Assembly (NCBI GenBank): GCA_043228905.1
Contig: JBHGNT010000013.1
Span: 16,864,001-16,928,000, forward strand
Source: Azolla caroliniana
Lineage: Eukaryota > Plantae > Polypodiophyta
Direction of reading: 5' to 3'
Length of the DNA: 64,000 nt
Positions 1 through 14,219 of this stretch are shown piece after piece. The notes under the pieces were generated by a model. It had not been told where the DNA came from. It saw only the letters and a list, made by a program, of their open reading frames with translations, and did not search any database. Positions within the stretch are counted from its first letter, which is position 1; every line of letters begins with the position of its first letter. The translations under genes were made by a program, and so were the position numbers.

Positions 1-3000
1 ATTCTTTACCCATCGAAATTTCAACTCCTCTTCTTATAAATCCTTTTGGTCTATTGCGCTCTCTATTATTATTAAAATGTTGTCCTTAGTAGCCTTTTTA
101 GATAACAAGGTAGGTTGCATAGATTACCCATCTTCATAGCACCCTCATATATGATTGTTGGAATGCTTATATGTGTAGAATCATGTCATAACTTTGGTGT
201 GTCTACTCAAAGTAATTACTTAAACTATCCTCAATGTGCATTGGGGTTTATATCATGATAACTAGGCATACGGGGTTTGGAAGAAAACCATGTCCCATGG
301 CTCATATACATATATATATTATAAGATGTTTGCACACAAATTTGAGCCTTTATTATTTAGACCTATTACTCCCTCTTTTATTCTTTCAAATTTTTATATG
401 ATAAGATTACATCATGGTTCACAAATAATACGAGACATAAGTTATTGAAAAGAAAATAAAGAAGATAATCCAATTATGTCTTGGTATCCAATATTGTTAC
501 ATGTCAAACCCCCAAATATTGCTGAATTTCTCGAATGGATCGTACTAAGTATGACATTCCATCTCCTAGATGTGAAAAGATACAATCATTGCACCATCAC
601 CACATAGATCAGGTTGTTGACATTGAACGAAAGTGTGAGTCTACATGAAAAAATCATATGAGTTGAATCATCAAGACCAAGAAATGATGTATTCTATTAT
701 GGTTTCGATGACTCAAATTTTCAAAAGGTGAAGGTTTAGTAGTATTGGGATGGGTCAGACATTGTAGTAAGAAATTGCAAGTGTCAAAGATATAAAGGAA
801 GCTTATGCCCAATATAACAACAATTGTCTCAATTTTGACCATTGGATGCTACTACTACGAAGTACATGAAAAATGGAGTCACGTCTTTGAGCTAGTTGAA
901 CAAGGGTATAATGGTCTAACACAAAACGAACACTAGAAAGGATTTCCTAGGGAAATTGTAGGGGACATGAAACGATCATTTTGGAGTCTATCAATGATCG
1001 ATGTGAAATAAGTAACATTGTGATAACAATCGTTTTAGTGCATGGCTCAATGTAGCACCACTATCTCGATACAAAACCTTCTCTTACACTTTGCTCGCAC
1101 CCTACCCTCTCCTTTTTAACTCTTATAATACATACTCATTCTACAACTTTAAACTTTCTAGCAATGTGTAAAAAAATACATGGGTTGTAAACTTACAATA
1201 TAAGCAAGTCTTGGCTTTAGTATAAAGTGGAGAGCTAGAATGAAAACATCAAAGAAATTTTAATGCCATTCATTCAAGCTAGAATGTATACGATGAAAAA
1301 GCTCTTAGGTAGATGCAATCTTTTGGTACATCTCAGCATCATTGTGCTAAAACACACACATAATAACCTTGTTTGAGCCTATGAGATGATTGTAATTGTT
1401 ATATAGTTTTTGTTGCCTCATTTTACAATGATGGTTTATGTTAGTTCAAGAGGTCACATTTGCAATATGATGACCGGTATAACATAATATCGTCACGTCT
1501 TGTGGTATTAACATCAATCAATATAGTTCCATACATACTACTCATGTACATGTGTCTATATATTTATAATATTTCTATTGGCATATACATTCAATTAACC
1601 TCTGTCTAAGGATTGCTCTATTGTCTTGGAGATTTGTCAAAGAAGAATTGGATATGTCTAATGTTCATCATGCATGTTGTTTTTATGTTACTTAAAGCTC
1701 TTGTAAAATCAACAAATATGATTATAAAATGTCGTAGATGGTTCTAAAATCAAATGGATGCTACATTCATAATACATATGTGTATGACTATAAAACGGGG
1801 GAAAAAAAGTGCAATATTGAATCATATATCTAACTATCATTTTATGTAGTGACGAGCTTGCGACATAACACATGAAATAAATACAATAAATAATTCACTA
1901 CCGTTACAATGTTTTATTATCATTATCCTTACATAAGATTTCTTAAGTCTATAAAGTGGTGATAAAACATAGCATAATGTTGGTGTTACATAAACATACT
2001 AACAAATATGTATATTCTACAACCAAACAATCATATCATACATGTGTGTTGTCATGTTAGAATAACTTGATGGACATAACATACAAAGGTTTGACCTTTA
2101 GATCATGGTTCATACAATATTTTATAACAAGAACAAATGCATATAATCCTCGGTATAGACTATAAAATATATGTGACAATCCATGACTTGCATTGCATGT
2201 GAAACCATCTCGTGCATGCTTGTTTTTGAAGTTGGGGTTAAAGGGATTTATGCATCATAAAGGTGCCAATGCTTGGAAAACCTCATGATATGTTCACTAC
2301 CTCCTTATTAAGTATGGTTGGAAGCCTCACAACTTGATGTTGACGACGACTAATCATTAGAAGGTTGGTTGTGCTTGGATGCCCCCTTTTGTGCTCTACA
2401 ATATTGATGAATGTTCATTGACAACTCAAACTTTAATGCATGGGTGACACGGAGGTAACATACAATGATGAATTTGGTTGAAAGGCCACAATATGCTCAC
2501 TTATTCCTCAAGGAATCTTCTAAAAAACTCCACACTTTGATTCCATAGTATATATTAATATCCAATCTCAAACTATAAAAGTATTCTATGAACATGTTAC
2601 AATTTACAAAGTTTGATGAAGTTTAGGTTACATTACGAAAATATTAAATAAATTATGTTGTGCTAATTTGAAAATAAATCCTCATAAACACTTATTTATT
2701 TTTTGTTTTTAGCGCATTGATGTATTCAATGTTCATTAATGAGACTGTCTTTCCACCGTCATGGTCTCCTACAATAATAGTTGCAATACATACATGTTAT
2801 TGGGTAGTTCCATAACATACCGAGGTGAAGGTAAGGTTTGATTTGATTTGATTTGGATTCGCCTAGATGAAAGAGTTTGCTAATGAAGTTGAATGCAATT
2901 GTCATTGTAGGAAGAGGCATACAATGAAGGATCAGAAATTTAACTCTAAGAAACGTAGACCTATTAAACTATGAAAGTATGGCAACATTTTGATTCATGA

Positions 3001-3998
3001 AATTCCTCAACTCTATCAACTTCACATATTAGCCGATGATTGCAAAATACTAGTCAATGATTACAAATTTTCAAACTCTCCTAAGGCTAATTGGAAGGAT
3101 GGGCACAATCATGGGATGCCCAATCACATGAGTCAAATACCTCAATCTCATGGAGAGTTCGTACCACATCTCTCTTGACGAATCCTATTGTGGACATGAT
3201 TTTGGCAAATTGTGTTGATTTAAACATAACTATGATCATGCTAATTAATATCATGTAATAACATTCAATGATTCATTGGCCATAATCTGCTCATACATAT
3301 GTTCATGTGCGATGCAATGATATATATAAAATCACACACATTTTATTATGTTTGCCTTTGGATACCAAGGACCCCTATATTTTATTCTTAGTCAATTTGT
3401 TGGTTTTGTTCAATGAGGATTGAAACTTGTCTCTTCGTTTCAAAATTCAAACAACTTTTTTTATTTTTCTTGAACATTACATAGTCTAAAAAGTTGGACA
3501 ATGACAACTCTCTAATTTTGTGCATGATGTAAGAGAATGAGACATTCATAAATAAATAAATCAATCAATGTGTAAGTAGAACTATAAAAAATTGAGGTTT
3601 ACCTTGCAATGTCGTTTGCAAGATTTATTTACTGTCATTAAAAACAAGTTTTGAACATACACCACAAATTAAATGTTGTAATGAACAAGCCATTGCATTC
3701 TAAATCTTAATGTTGTCTCTCCTCTTGGAGAAACACCTTCGATTACTCCTCTGAGTAATTGGGTCAAGGAATCGTGATCGCATAGGAGATTAAGGTAGAG
3801 TCGAGTAGGGCCGAACCGTTTCACGATAACTGGCTACAACCAATTTGCACTTCACGTCTTATAGGTTAAATAACATAATCAAGAATAGGATTTAGATGAG
3901 ACAGACATAGAAATGACCCAATAGTACATGTATTGCTTACGGAATAGAAAATATTACAAGGGGGTTAATACAAATTGATTATAAATCGACAACTTTAT

Positions 3999-4021
3999 CT
4001 CTCTCTCTCTCTCTCTCTCTC
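3999..4021. repeat. (TC)n microsatellite
   Basis: Run of TC dinucleotides in AT-rich DNA. Confidence 0.9.
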
Positions 4022-5419
4022 CCCTTAGTACAAATCTTCTAGTCTAAAATCAATCACTCTGGCTCGTAATAAGATATTTTCGGTCTCCCTTCTGTTTCTT
4101 AACGATTTATATAGCCTACACACTTCAACTATTTCCTCTTGATTCTTGACCTTTATTCACGGCTGCTTGCCTTTCGGTTTACCTTCCTCGGATGCCAGTG
4201 CTCGCCTTGGTTCTCCTTTTTATACTCGACCTACTCTTCCCTTTCCACACTTTACTTTTAAGATTCTTTTCACACCTCATGCCTTTTGTCCCACGGATAA
4301 CACTTAATACAAGACAATGGACTTTACGTGTCATCCAATGGACTATAGGGGCTCCAACAAATTATTTATTATGAGTTGATGACATTACCTTATTAAAATT
4401 CAAAGGTATAAACTCGTTCTCTTTAACAATAATGGATTCAAGTTCTTAGGCAATTGATTTGGACTTCATGACATATATAAAAAAACCTCTTCACAATTCT
4501 AGTTTCATATATATGACCAACACTTCAAACAAATCTTTAGTTTTGGTTCCTGCATGCAGATGATTCTCCTTACACAAGGTAACATGTTTGTAGGGCTCAT
4601 AATAGTTTGATTAATGATGAAGGAATAGTTAATAAGGATGTCATATTCTTGTGATGAGGGATAAATGTACACTCGATAGTTACAAGCATGGGTCATCCTT
4701 GGGCTAAATGTTATGCTCATCTAAAGAACTCACTATATTGGTTTAAGAGTAGGCAACCATTTTCAATTCAAATAGCAAAAACTACAATGTTGCCCTCTAG
4801 ACAAGGGTTCTAAGGTAATGTTCTATGTGAACAACAAAAAACTATATCATCGCCGTTAAAAGGTAATGCAAATAAAAAAGGAGCCCAATATAAATAATAT
4901 TTCATGTAAAACATTCAAGTTGATATATAGATAATAGCTTGAAATCATCCGTACATAATAAATACTTTACTACAAGGACAATTTTTTCAAGTTTTTTTTT
5001 TCTTGGCAATATGCAGGCGAATTTAGGCTTCAACTAAACAAGACACATTAATCATAGCAATGAAGTTCCTCCCCCCCGCCCCCCCAAAACAAAAGAAAAA
5101 GAAAACACTACTTCACATTAGTTAGCAAATAGAATACAACAGAGTTTACCCGAATCCACGGTGGGATCAACATATACAACTTGGAGGAACAACTCCAAAA
5201 CTATCAAACAAAAACAACAAAAACTCACCCGACCCTTAACTCCAATAAAACTGAAATAAACCCAAATTTACCCCGACTCTACATCTCCCAACTAACTCTT
5301 TTCTAGCAACATTATCCGGGTAACATGATTATACTAACCCACTTTTGCTTCAGCTATACATACATAATTACAACCCCATGTACAATATTCGGAGCCATCG
5401 GTAGAAACAAACACCTAGG

Positions 5420-5810
<391 letters not shown>

Positions 5811-5979
5811 CTCCCCCGTAATGGGTGTATACATGGGTTATCTAAAAAATTACAGGTATATGCAAGGTTTATTGGACAGATCGGTTTTGTTAGAGTCGGT
5901 AAGATCCGAAGACAAAAGACCGAACCGGTCGGGTCGGAAGAGCTGAAGCCGATCCTCAAAGAACCGATGTCGGTGGTCC

Positions 5980-8900
5980 GAAACCATCCCGTGCTATGTG
6001 TCTGACTTTAACCAGACTGATTTTTCGTTACGCCCATCTGGTGCCGAAGGAACCGGAAACGATCCGCCGAAAGACACTTGGTCATTCCATTTGTGACATT
6101 ATCGGTTGTGGATATCTTCTCTAGACCGATTTTCCCTGAAATGACGCAGTCCCGAACAACGTGATATCAAACGTCGATATGCTTGGAGGTGTTGTGGTGA
6201 ACTGGATTTTTTGACAAAGCAACAACACCCTGACTGTCGTTGTAGACAACTGGAGCCGAGTCGAAGTTGACTTGTTGAAACGTGTGCGCCAACCGACCAA
6301 GCCATAAAGCTTCTTTTGCCGTGTCGGATGCAACTACATATTCCGCTTCGGTCGTTGAGGTGGCTGTGCACACCTAAAGTTTCGACTTCCACGAGATTGC
6401 TCCATTGCCGAATTTGAAACAATATCCGGTTGTTGATTTCCGACCGTCCACGCAGTCGGCGAAGTCCAAGTTGGTGTAACCGACTACGCTTGAGGTTGAG
6501 TTTGGGCCAAAAAGAATGTCGTGGTCTTTTGTGCCAACTAGATATTTGAACACATGGTTGACTGCGTTCCAGTGCGATCAGCCTGGGTTATGCATGAATT
6601 TGTTGACGACTCCTATGACGTGAGAAATATCAGGCCGTGTCGCGACCATCACGTACATAAGGGAGCCGACTGCCGGTGCATACGGTAACGACTTCATATC
6701 TTCCCCCTCCGGACCGGATGTCGGGCAGTCTCGCTGAGACAACCGAAGGTTAATGGGGAGTAGGGTCGAAGCTGACTTGGTCGAGTGCATGTTGAAGCGT
6801 TCCAAGACACGTATGATGTAGTCAGTTTGAGACAAGAAAAGTTGTCGTTTATCGCGATGCCGACTAATCTTCATACCAAGTATGTGTCTTGTCGGACCGA
6901 GTTCCTTCATGGCAAACTTCAACTGCAGTTTCCGAACGAGTTCGGTGAGCTCTCCGGCATGTCAGCCGGAGAGTAGCATGTCGTCCACGTAAATGATGAG
7001 GAAGACGAGAGACCCTTCTTGAGCTGTTTTGGTGAAGAGACAGTGGTCCTCATTGCTCTTGGAGAAGCCGACCAACTAGATGAAGTCGTTGAACTTTTTG
7101 TACCACTATTGGGGTGATTGTTTCAGGCCGTATAAACTCTTCCTGAGTCGGCAGACTAGATGTTCTTGGCCGGATGCCACAAAGCCTTTCGGTTGCTCCA
7201 TATAGATTTCCTCTTGTAGGTCATCGTGGAGGAATGCCGTTTTTACATCTAGCTGAATCAACTCCAAGTTGTCGGCAGCCACGACGCCGAGCATGAAACG
7301 AAGGGTTGTCATTTTCACCACTGGTGAAAAGATTTCGTCGAAGTCGACGCCATGTTCTTGTTGAAATCCCTTCGCAACTAGTCTGGCCTTGTACTTTGGG
7401 TTGGTCGAGTTAGACGTCTCTTTTAGTCGATAGACCCACTTGCACGGAAGAGCACGCCGATTCTCCGGTAATTCGACCAAGTCCCAAGTCTTGTTTGCGC
7501 GAATGGAGTGCATTTCTGACTCCATTGCCAAATGCCAGGTGGCTGAGTCGGCAGATGCCGATGCTTCTTCGTAAGACGTCGGTTCGTCAACATCAGTAAA
7601 GAAAATTCCGGGAGAATACCTTTCCGGAGGTTGCGACAGTCTCTCGGATCTTCGAGGTATGACTGGACTAGTCGCACCGAGTATAGATGTCGAATGGTCG
7701 GAAGCTGAGTCACTCAACTATGCTGAATCGGTGGATTCAGTGCAGGAGGTGTCGGTTACCCGTGAAACCAATCTCGTGTTGTGGGTTGGGCCTTCATGAA
7801 GGGTTGGCACTTCAGAGAATATTACCCTTTGGACTTCAATAGGCCTTTCGACCGTTTTATGCATAGCCGACTCGTTGAACACGACGTCTAAACTTCGGAC
7901 GATTTGTTTGTGCTTGGGGTCCCAGAGTCGGTATCCGATCTCGTCGTCAGGTCCATATCCAAGGAAAACACATTTCCTTGATCTTGGTTCGAGTTTCCGG
8001 CGGTCATCTTTCAGTATGAGGGCATACGCCTCGCAACCAAAGATCCTCAGCTTGTCATAATTCGGCTTACTGCCGGTCCATGTTTCCTGAGGTATTTTAA
8101 GTCCTAGAGGTCTACTTGGCGACATATTTATGATGTGTACTGCCGTAAGTAGAGCCTCCGCCCAGAAGCCATCCAACAGTCCAGAATGTTGGAGCATGGA
8201 TACTATGCGTTCTTGAATCGTCTGATGCATGCGTTCAACAATTCAGTTTTGCTCCAGACTATAGGGTGCCATATATTCACGTCGAATGCCGTGTTCCCGG
8301 GACATTTCAGTTTCCGACCGATCTAATTTTCGACCATTGCAAGCCATTCGGAGAAGATTGAGAACACCCGATCTTTGGTTCTGATGGGGTAAGCCCACAC
8401 CTTTCGAGTCGAGTCGGCAATAAAACTGACGAAGTACGAAGCACCGCCGAGAGACTGATGTGGCATCGGGCCACAAACTTCCAAGTGGATTTAATTGAGG
8501 GGACTCGATTCTCTTGGTGTTGATGTCAGGTGTGATGTGGCTACCTGTTTGCCGTACTGGCAATGCTCGCAGAATTGGTGATCCGAGAAGGAGAGTTTGG
8601 GGATGTAACCGGCTCTGGATAGGTGCGTTATGCCGGCCTTGCTGAGGTGTCCAAGTCGTCCGTGCCATAACGATGACATGGGGATATCAACCAAAAATAG
8701 GTCACCCTCTTTGAGTGTGACATATAACGGGTACAAGGAATGAACCTTTGGTCCTCGAGCAAGCAGGAGGTTCCCTTTGTGGAGTGTCCACCCTCCTGAT
8801 GAGAATCCAACACAGATGCCGACTTCGTCAAGCTGTCCGATTGAGATCAAGGGACTTGAGAGCTCAGGAACATGTCAAACGTTGTGTAGTACGAGTGTAG

Positions 8901-9979
8901 AGCCACTTGGAAGGTTGAGCTCTACGGTGCCGATTCCGATTATAGCACAGTGTTGCGAGTTTCTGACTCGAACTGAGTTGGAGTGCCGGTCCGAGTATTG
9001 CCCAAACTGAGATCAGTGAGGTGTCACATGATACGATGTGCCCGAGTCCAGGAGCCATGTGCTCAATTCCTTAGTCGTAAGCAGAACTTCTGATTCGACT
9101 GGGTTCTCTATGGACAATATGTTCAGGTCTGTCGTCAAAATTTCGGCTGAAGAGCCGACGTAGTTAAGCTCCTCATGCCGGCTACTCTTCTGATCCACTC
9201 TCTGAGCTTTGTCAGTTTTTGCTTTGAGTGCCCAATATTCGGCTTTGATGTGTCCCAGTTTCTTACAGTAGTTGCAGATTTGGTTGTCCCAGGACTTGCT
9301 CCGGCTTCGCTGATTGTTCGACGGTCGGGAAGAGCTTCTTCCCTGGTTGTTCGATCGGTCGGTCGAACCTTGTACTACGAGCTTCATCTGCTGAGTCTTT
9401 GGCGAAAGACTTTCTCCGAGCTGCTTCAGTCAGTATTGCGCTCATGACTTCAGAGTACTTAACAGCAACTGCTGAAGCATTGCACACGGTTGTAACGAAC
9501 GTTTCCCATGAAGAGGGGAGACTGCTCATGAGTATCATTGCTCTGAGTTCATCCTCGATTGCCGTCCCCTGAGACGAGATTTGGGAGCTTATGCTTTCAT
9601 GCTCGTTGAGGTGTGCCTGAACCGAATCAGATTCTTTCATCCGCAAGTTGTAGAGGCGCCGGATCAGATACATCTTCGTTGCAGCGACCTTCTTTTCATA
9701 AGTTTCTGACAATGTTTTCCATAGTTCAAAAGCTGTCGAGCACGATTGCACTGTGAAGTACACTGACTCTGATAAGTGCATTCGAATCGTGGCACGGACG
9801 ATTCTGTCCAGCTTTAGCCATTCGTTTGCCTTGTATGCTTCTCGAGGATTTTCATTCTCAATCGGGTCTATCTGACCCTTGACTATGAGATAGTCCTGCA
9901 TTTGTTCCTTCCAAAAGTTGAAGTTCGAACCGTCGAACCTCCTTAGACTCATCTCCGATGAGCTGGATGTTGATGCCAT
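5980..9979 (-). pseudogene. gag-pol: Copia-1 gag-pol, multiple stops and frameshifts
   Basis: UBN2-type gag FDGSNFNFWKEQM, knuckle CNYCKKLGH, protease LDSGTSYH, LWHGRLGH..CEHC, integrase [31 protein letters not shown] and YVDD (~6980), RNase H TTEAEY..SKHIDV. Confidence 0.95.
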
Positions 9980-10334
9980 CTGCTTTGGTTTCGGTTGGTA
10001 AGACCCGGTTCGGAGTTGACTACGAACCTTAGTGGGGTGCAGCCGGTCGGCTCACCCGATATCATTCTAGTCAGTTTTGAACCCGAGTCGGTTTGGTTTC
10101 GGATACTTGTTGCTAAACTTGCTTGGAGTGACTCCTATAACTTGAGGGACAAACCGGTTGGTCTTCCCGAATGTTGCCAAATCGGAGTGAGCCTGATTAG
10201 CTTCCAATTGTATGCCGAATATTGATTACAAGAAACCGATGGCCGATTCTGCTTCGGGTGACTGCAACGATGAGAGGGACGGATCCAACTGATCCTCTCG
10301 AATGTCGATAAGCCAAATGAAGCACGAATTTGGT

Positions 10335-10859
10335 TGTTGCCAGGAGACCAATCTGTAGCGGGTGGTTATAGCAAGCGAGTGAATAACGTCCAGTGACCTA
10401 TTCGGATGCCGTTTAACCGAATGAAGCACGATTGGGTCGGGTGTTGCACAGGGAGCTCGCCTCAAGTGGTTACAATCACAAGAACAGAGTACAACCGGTT
10501 AGCTTACTCCAATTAGTGATTTAACACAATGAGATGCAAAACTTCTTGTTTGTTTTCTCTCTTATCTGTTCTTCAAGAAGTTACAAAAACAGAATGTTGC
10601 CAGGAGACCAATCTGTAGCGGGTGGTTATAGCAAGCGAGTGAATAACGTCCGGTGACCTATTCGGATGTCGTTTAACCGAATGAAGCATGATTGGGTCGG
10701 GTGTTGCACAGGGAGCTCGCCTCAAGTGGTTACAATCACAAGAATAGAGTAAAACCGGTTAGCTTACTCCAATTAGTGATTTAACACAATGAGATGCAAA
10801 ACTTCTTGTTTGTCTTCTCTCTTATCTGTTCTTCAAGAAGTTACAAAAACAGAATGTTG
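10335..10859. repeat. 260-bp tandem duplication in the Copia-1 leader
   Basis: 10335-10594 matches 10595-10854; TGTTG microhomology at the junctions. Confidence 0.93.
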
Positions 10860-10916
10860 TGGTGTACGATGACGGCCGACAACGGGTTGAAGAACCTCCA
10901 ACGCTCTGATACCAAA

Positions 10917-11227
10917 TGTTGGGGACAAGGCCGTCAATGTGGAAGTGCAAGCAACATTCGTGATGAAGAAGAACCTGTATATGAGAATGAAGACAAGATA
11001 GACAGAGAGAGAGAGAGAGAGAGATAGGCACAAACAAATGTTATATTCCAATAGCAACAATTACAAAGAATGACAACCAACAACAACCTTAACTAAAGGT
11101 TACAAAGTCACTTTATATAGTGACTATCTTAGGGCAACTGCCCTTTATGCTATTTACAAAAATAGCCCAAACTTGGGCTGTCCGAAGGGACAGTGTGAAT
11201 ACGGCCATTATACACTCGTATTTGACA
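10917..11227 (-). repeat. Copia-1 5' LTR (311 bp)
   Basis: Lies next to the PBS and is followed by TSD CTAGG. Confidence 0.96.
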
Positions 11228-11232
11228 CTAGG

Positions 11233-13754
11233 TGCATGGTAATTCCACTTAGGCCTCGACGAAGATTTGAACATCATGGGAGAACCACTCCACTTCAACA
11301 AGAACTTTGACCTTGCCCTTTCTGCTTCTTCCAATTCCCCCTGAATTGAATCATACTGACTGTGCAACCAAGCCACAAGCTCAAACCAGATATTTAACAT
11401 CACCTCCCCGCATGAGAGCTTTTGTTGCTGAAAAACAGACTTACAATGCTTGATCCAGATGTGCCAGACTGTTAAACACGCCACCATAAGCCAAATCTTC
11501 TCAAAAAATTCAGAATTTGTGCCCGGTCTCACCCCATCATATTGGAACACGCTACCACTCTGCACTATAAATCCATGCCCTTGTGGGTTTAACTGGTCAC
11601 CCCAAATTTCCCCTTTTAGAGATAGTCCTTGTATGGAGCCCCACACAATGTTCCCTTTCACACCACAGGCTGCCACGATTCGAAGGCTTCTACTCCAAAT
11701 GCTAATTGCCTCTGTACAATTCCAAAAACAGTGAGAGATTGATTCCAAAGCATGTCCACATAACTTATAGCCAACCTCCCCACCATGGGAACTCAACCAC
11801 TCGCCTACAAGTACCTTCTTGTGGCTAAGAAGCCACAACCAAGCCTTAATTTTTTCTGGTGTATCCAATGCTCATAATCTCCTCCAAAATGACTTTTGAT
11901 CATCGTTTGAAATACCTTTATACTTCAAACTATTCCAAATCATTACAACACCCATTGTTTTGGAGCCAATGATTTGTTTTCCTAGCTTCATATTGTACAC
12001 AAAAAACTTTTTCAAGTTGTTTGTTCCTGGTGTCTGCCACCATACCTCCAATGGATCCCACCCCAAATCATATAAGGGATTGTTATCGAAAAGCCATATT
12101 TTACAATCATGATCAAGTGTCTTAGGGTCTGGGTTCAATTACCACCTCCTACCCTCCAACATTGTCACCCGCATTGCCAACCACATGCCATCATTTGTCA
12201 AAGAACTTAGGTTACCCCACAAACGTTCCTTGTTAGTTGAGCACCTACCACAGATAATTTGTGCATCATCCTCACCTACAAACTAGCCTCTCCCGCTTTC
12301 AACGTACCTAATCCATCAACAACCTCATCTATCAGTTGGGTCACCTTCTCTAGTCTTCCAGCAAACCTACAACTAACAACCTAACCCTCCCGCCTCTTCA
12401 TGCTGAAGACCTCCCAATCGTGTACTGACCTAATCTTGTACCCTAGCATCCTCCTCAAGGCAAGTACTTTTGATGTCCAAGCATCATACCATTTTCACTT
12501 CTAATCCTAGGTTTCCAAAACAACGGTTGTCGTAGCCATTCAACAATGTTTTCGGTTGCATTAAGACCAAGCCTTCTCTTAAACTTGACCATGCCTTCAT
12601 TATGGCGCGAACCACCTTATCCTCCACACTAACCGGTTCTTTCAACTTTAGAGCTGGATTGAACAACCACCATGTATTTGCCTCCCAAGGACCACCATTC
12701 CTGGGACACCAAAGGTCAACTCTGTTCCTAAGGAGCACCTTCCACTATTCTGATACGGGTTACAGACTTCGCACCAGAAGCTTACCAAATAGAGCCTTAC
12801 TTTGGTGAACCGGATCCACCAGTCCAAGTCCAAGTCCTCCCTGATTCTTCGCCTTAATTAAACAACCCCGCGCCACTTTAGTTGACGTCATCTCATTGTC
12901 TCTACCCGACTACAAGAACCCTCTCACCATTGCCTTAATATTGTTTATGCAGGCTTTGTCTAACATCCAACATGCCATTGAATGTCACATGGTGGCGAGC
13001 AAAATATAGTTCACCACAACCACCCTACCAACAAGGGAAAACTTTACTGATGCCCATAACCGAAGTTGTTTTCTAATTTTGTCTTTCACCTGCTCAAGCT
13101 GCTGATTTTTAGGTGTCTCAACTCCTAGGTCAAAAAGCCCAAATGCTTAACAGTCATGGCATTGGGGACCCATTGAAAATCAACGTTAGGACACCATAAC
13201 GGTCGTGGGTTTGAACTTACCCAGAATCCTTTACTTTTGTTCTAGTTAATTTTCCCCCCTGACGCTTTGCAAAACAACTCAATCCATCCTTCAACCTTTT
13301 GTAAATTAGCATCACTGACTTGCAAGTAAAGCATAGTGTCATCTGCATACTCAGAGTCTGGCAAATCCTTGCTCCCATGTGGAACATCTAAACCCCTTAT
13401 TCTTACATCCGATTTGTTCAAAAAGAAAGAGAATGCCTCTGTAATAAAAAAGAAGAAGCTAGGGGGCTAGTTGGCACCCTTGTCTAACAGATCTACGTAA
13501 TGGAATCGACGAGCCACGATGCTCTGTCACTAACACCCTACTCGAACTTCTTTTGTAAAGGGACAACCCAACCGATCTCCATTTTAAAGGTAATGCCAAC
13601 CTTTCCACGACTTTATCTAAAAAAGGCCATTGAACTCTGTCATATGCCTTCTCAAAGTCTAGCAGGAGACATGCAATGTGCTGATTGGTTTTCTATGCCA
13701 AGGCAATCGCCTCCCAAAATGTCAATACATTATCAATTATGCATATGTTTTCCA
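11233..13754 (-). pseudogene. LINE-a ORF2, RT C-terminal half and zf-RVT region
   Basis: DFEKAYD, RQGC and YADD motifs; ORF 11113-11868 KIKAWLWLL..ESISHCFWNC. Confidence 0.88.
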
Positions 13755-13809
13755 TGAACGTAAGTGTTTGCGGAAGCGTAAAACAGAGAACAACACAGAG
13801 AGAGAGAAC

Positions 13810-13891
<82 letters not shown>

Positions 13892-14219
13892 AGAACGCAA
13901 TTTCAAAATTATATCAAAACTCTGTATACACACTGTGCTAAGTAGCACTATTTATACAAGTCCTCTTGGGACTGACAGAAGTACCATGTACTTCAATGCT
14001 CACACGAGCATTTGACACTTACTACGAGACTATAGCTACCTAGTAGTCTATCCTATACTAGGCTTCCGATTGGACTTCCGGTTACGGATTGCACCCGGCC
14101 TCCACTGCTTGCCGGTTCGGTTGCTCACCGTCATACCGATCCGTTTCGCCCGATCCGTCTCGCTTACCGGCTCCGGCTTATTCAGCCGATCCGGCTCCGG
14201 TTGAGCTTGCCGCTCAACA
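13755..14219 (-). repeat. Copia-2 3' LTR with long (AG)n
   Basis: Direct repeat of 27131-27528. Confidence 0.95.

Noticed and set aside
3750-4320. Possible solo LTR (slightly CpG-richer, CT microsatellite, short inverted GTCGAGTA/TACTCGAC)
   Set aside because: I could not define termini or a TSD.
1-4990. Possible host gene or old transposase in the AT-rich left flank
   Set aside because: Only short ORFs with no recognisable motifs, and no convincing exon structure.
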